A stretch of DNA of 63,973 nucleotides, counting the filler, from Hyphochytrium catenoides (taxonomy: Eukaryota; Protista; Hyphochytriomycota), in the NCBI GenBank assembly GCA_900088475.1. It is 7 parts of 7 records of this genome, joined end to end, with 100 filler letters (N's around TTAATTAATTAA, not from the genome) between each part and the next. Parts side by side here need not be neighbours in the genome. Positions count along the whole stretch, not along the records: positions 62,872 to 63,973 come from FLMG01001660.1; 6 more parts are not named here. One strand, 5' to 3'. Position 1 is the first letter of the stretch. Each line of letters starts with the position of its first letter. The notes beneath the pieces were generated by a model. That model was not told the origin of the DNA, did not search any database, and saw only the letters and a program-made list of their open reading frames with translations. Shown here piece by piece: positions 62,872 to 63,973 of the stretch. The position numbers and the translations under genes are program-made.

Positions 62872-63973
62872 GCCTCCTTCGATTCTTCTTTGGCTCGCTT
62901 GAAACGCTCCGTCTCCTTCGATCCTTCTTTGGCTCCCTTGAACCTTGGCGACAGCCTTTCCGACTCTGTCGTGCGGACCCAGCTCAGTGTTACTGCCACT
63001 GCCACTGCTCCTTCCTCTCAGGTGGTCGGTGCGCCGGGTCTTATTCTCCTTCCCGTCAGTCTGAATGGTGTACGCCTCCAAGCCCTTGTGGATAGCGGCT
63101 GTCAGCGCAATATTATTGGAGAACACATCGCTTCTCTCATTGGCTTAAACCCTGAACCAAAACAACAGGCGGAAACTTTTGCATATGCGGACGGCGCCAC
63201 AGGACAATCTTCTCAGTGGATTCCACGGGCGAACCTTCACTTCACCGCGAAGGCCCAGGATTGCTGTGAACTGCACGTGTTTAATGTGGCTTTTGACCTG
63301 ATTTTGGGCAAAGATTGGCTCTCCAGAATCAACCCACACGTTGATTGGTCCTCTAACACGGTGTACTTTGGCCCCGATCGGATTCCCCTACGTGGGCTTC
63401 CCGCTACTTGTCCCACAAATCAGGTTAGCGACGACAAGGCGCAGAATCCACCCTCTTCTGTGTCGGTCATTTCGGCCCTGGGCCGCACGAGCGCTCAGGG
63501 ATGGGGCAGTCATGTTTGTCAGCCTCCTCTCCATTCCACCCGCTGGTACGAATGGCCTGTCCCAAGTGGCCGACAAGCAGAACCACAGCTACGCGGAACA
63601 TTTCCATGCCTCCGTTCTTCCTAGCTTTCTAGACGTGTTTCCTGACGAACTACCATCCTGCCTCCCGCCCACCCGCGCAGGAGGTGACTTTCAGATAAAG
63701 CTGCAGCCTGGCTCGTCCCCACCCTCCCGAGCCCCTTTTCCTACCTCTGTGGCCGAACGCGAGGAATTACAGCGCCCACTCAATGACCTTCTCGCCAAAG
63801 GGTTTATCAGGCCTTCGCAGTCCCCCTATGGCGCTCCCGTCCTTTTTATTCGCAAGCCCGATGGAAGCTTGCGGCTTTGTGTGGACTATCGCGGCTTGAA
63901 CAAGATCACCATCCGCGATCGCTTTCCCATTCCCAACATTAGCGAATTGCTAGACACCCTGCTGGGGGCGCGG
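62872..63973 (+). mobile_element. Ty3/Gypsy LTR retrotransposon pol fragment (aspartic protease + start of reverse transcriptase), frameshifted between the two
   Basis: Protease motifs LQALVDSGC and [19 protein letters not shown]. The +1 frame reads [17 protein letters not shown]...[62 protein letters not shown] order is Gypsy-type. No LTR is visible. Confidence 0.95.

Noticed and set aside
62240-63973. Gypsy element ~560 bp upstream of a tRNA gene, suggestive of Ty3-style tRNA-targeted integration
   Set aside because: An artificial linker (62772-62871) separates them; they are on different scaffolds.

Overview
This is eukaryotic nuclear DNA from a protist-type genome. Its spliceosomal GT-AG introns, standard genetic code (TAA, TGA and TAG all end recognisable genes) and ARL3 gene fit a lineage with cilia or flagella; a stramenopile-like affinity is only my impression. 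The window is not one locus. Six artificial 100-nt linkers (44 N + TTAATTAATTAA + 44 N) join seven scaffolds: 1-12911, 13012-15422, 15523-25168, 25269-28805, 28906-60565, 60666-62771 and 62872-63973. Most ORFs in the supplied track are translations of (GA)n/(CT)n microsatellite. Genes reconstructed by splicing: a type I membrane protein with a His/Cys-rich ectodomain; a ~1444-aa two-exon receptor-like protein; the 3' part of a UCH-L3-type deubiquitinase; an Arc1p/AIMP1-like tRNA-synthetase cofactor; a HUWE1/Tom1/UPL1 fragment; a small prefoldin-like (ASDURF-like) gene; ARL3; DDX10/Dbp4; a Cys-motif single-pass protein; a Fab1/PIKfyve-type kinase with an extra N-terminal PDZ-like domain; an LRR protein; and an unknown multi-exon gene. 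There is also tRNA-Arg(TCT) and a frameshifted Ty3/Gypsy pol fragment. The best novelty candidate is the receptor-like protein (4600-9403, minus strand). It fuses two tandem bacterial-type periplasmic sugar-binding domains to an LNR/Notch-like module, a Cys-rich stalk and a ~9-helix membrane domain. All family assignments come from motif recognition by eye; no searches were run.
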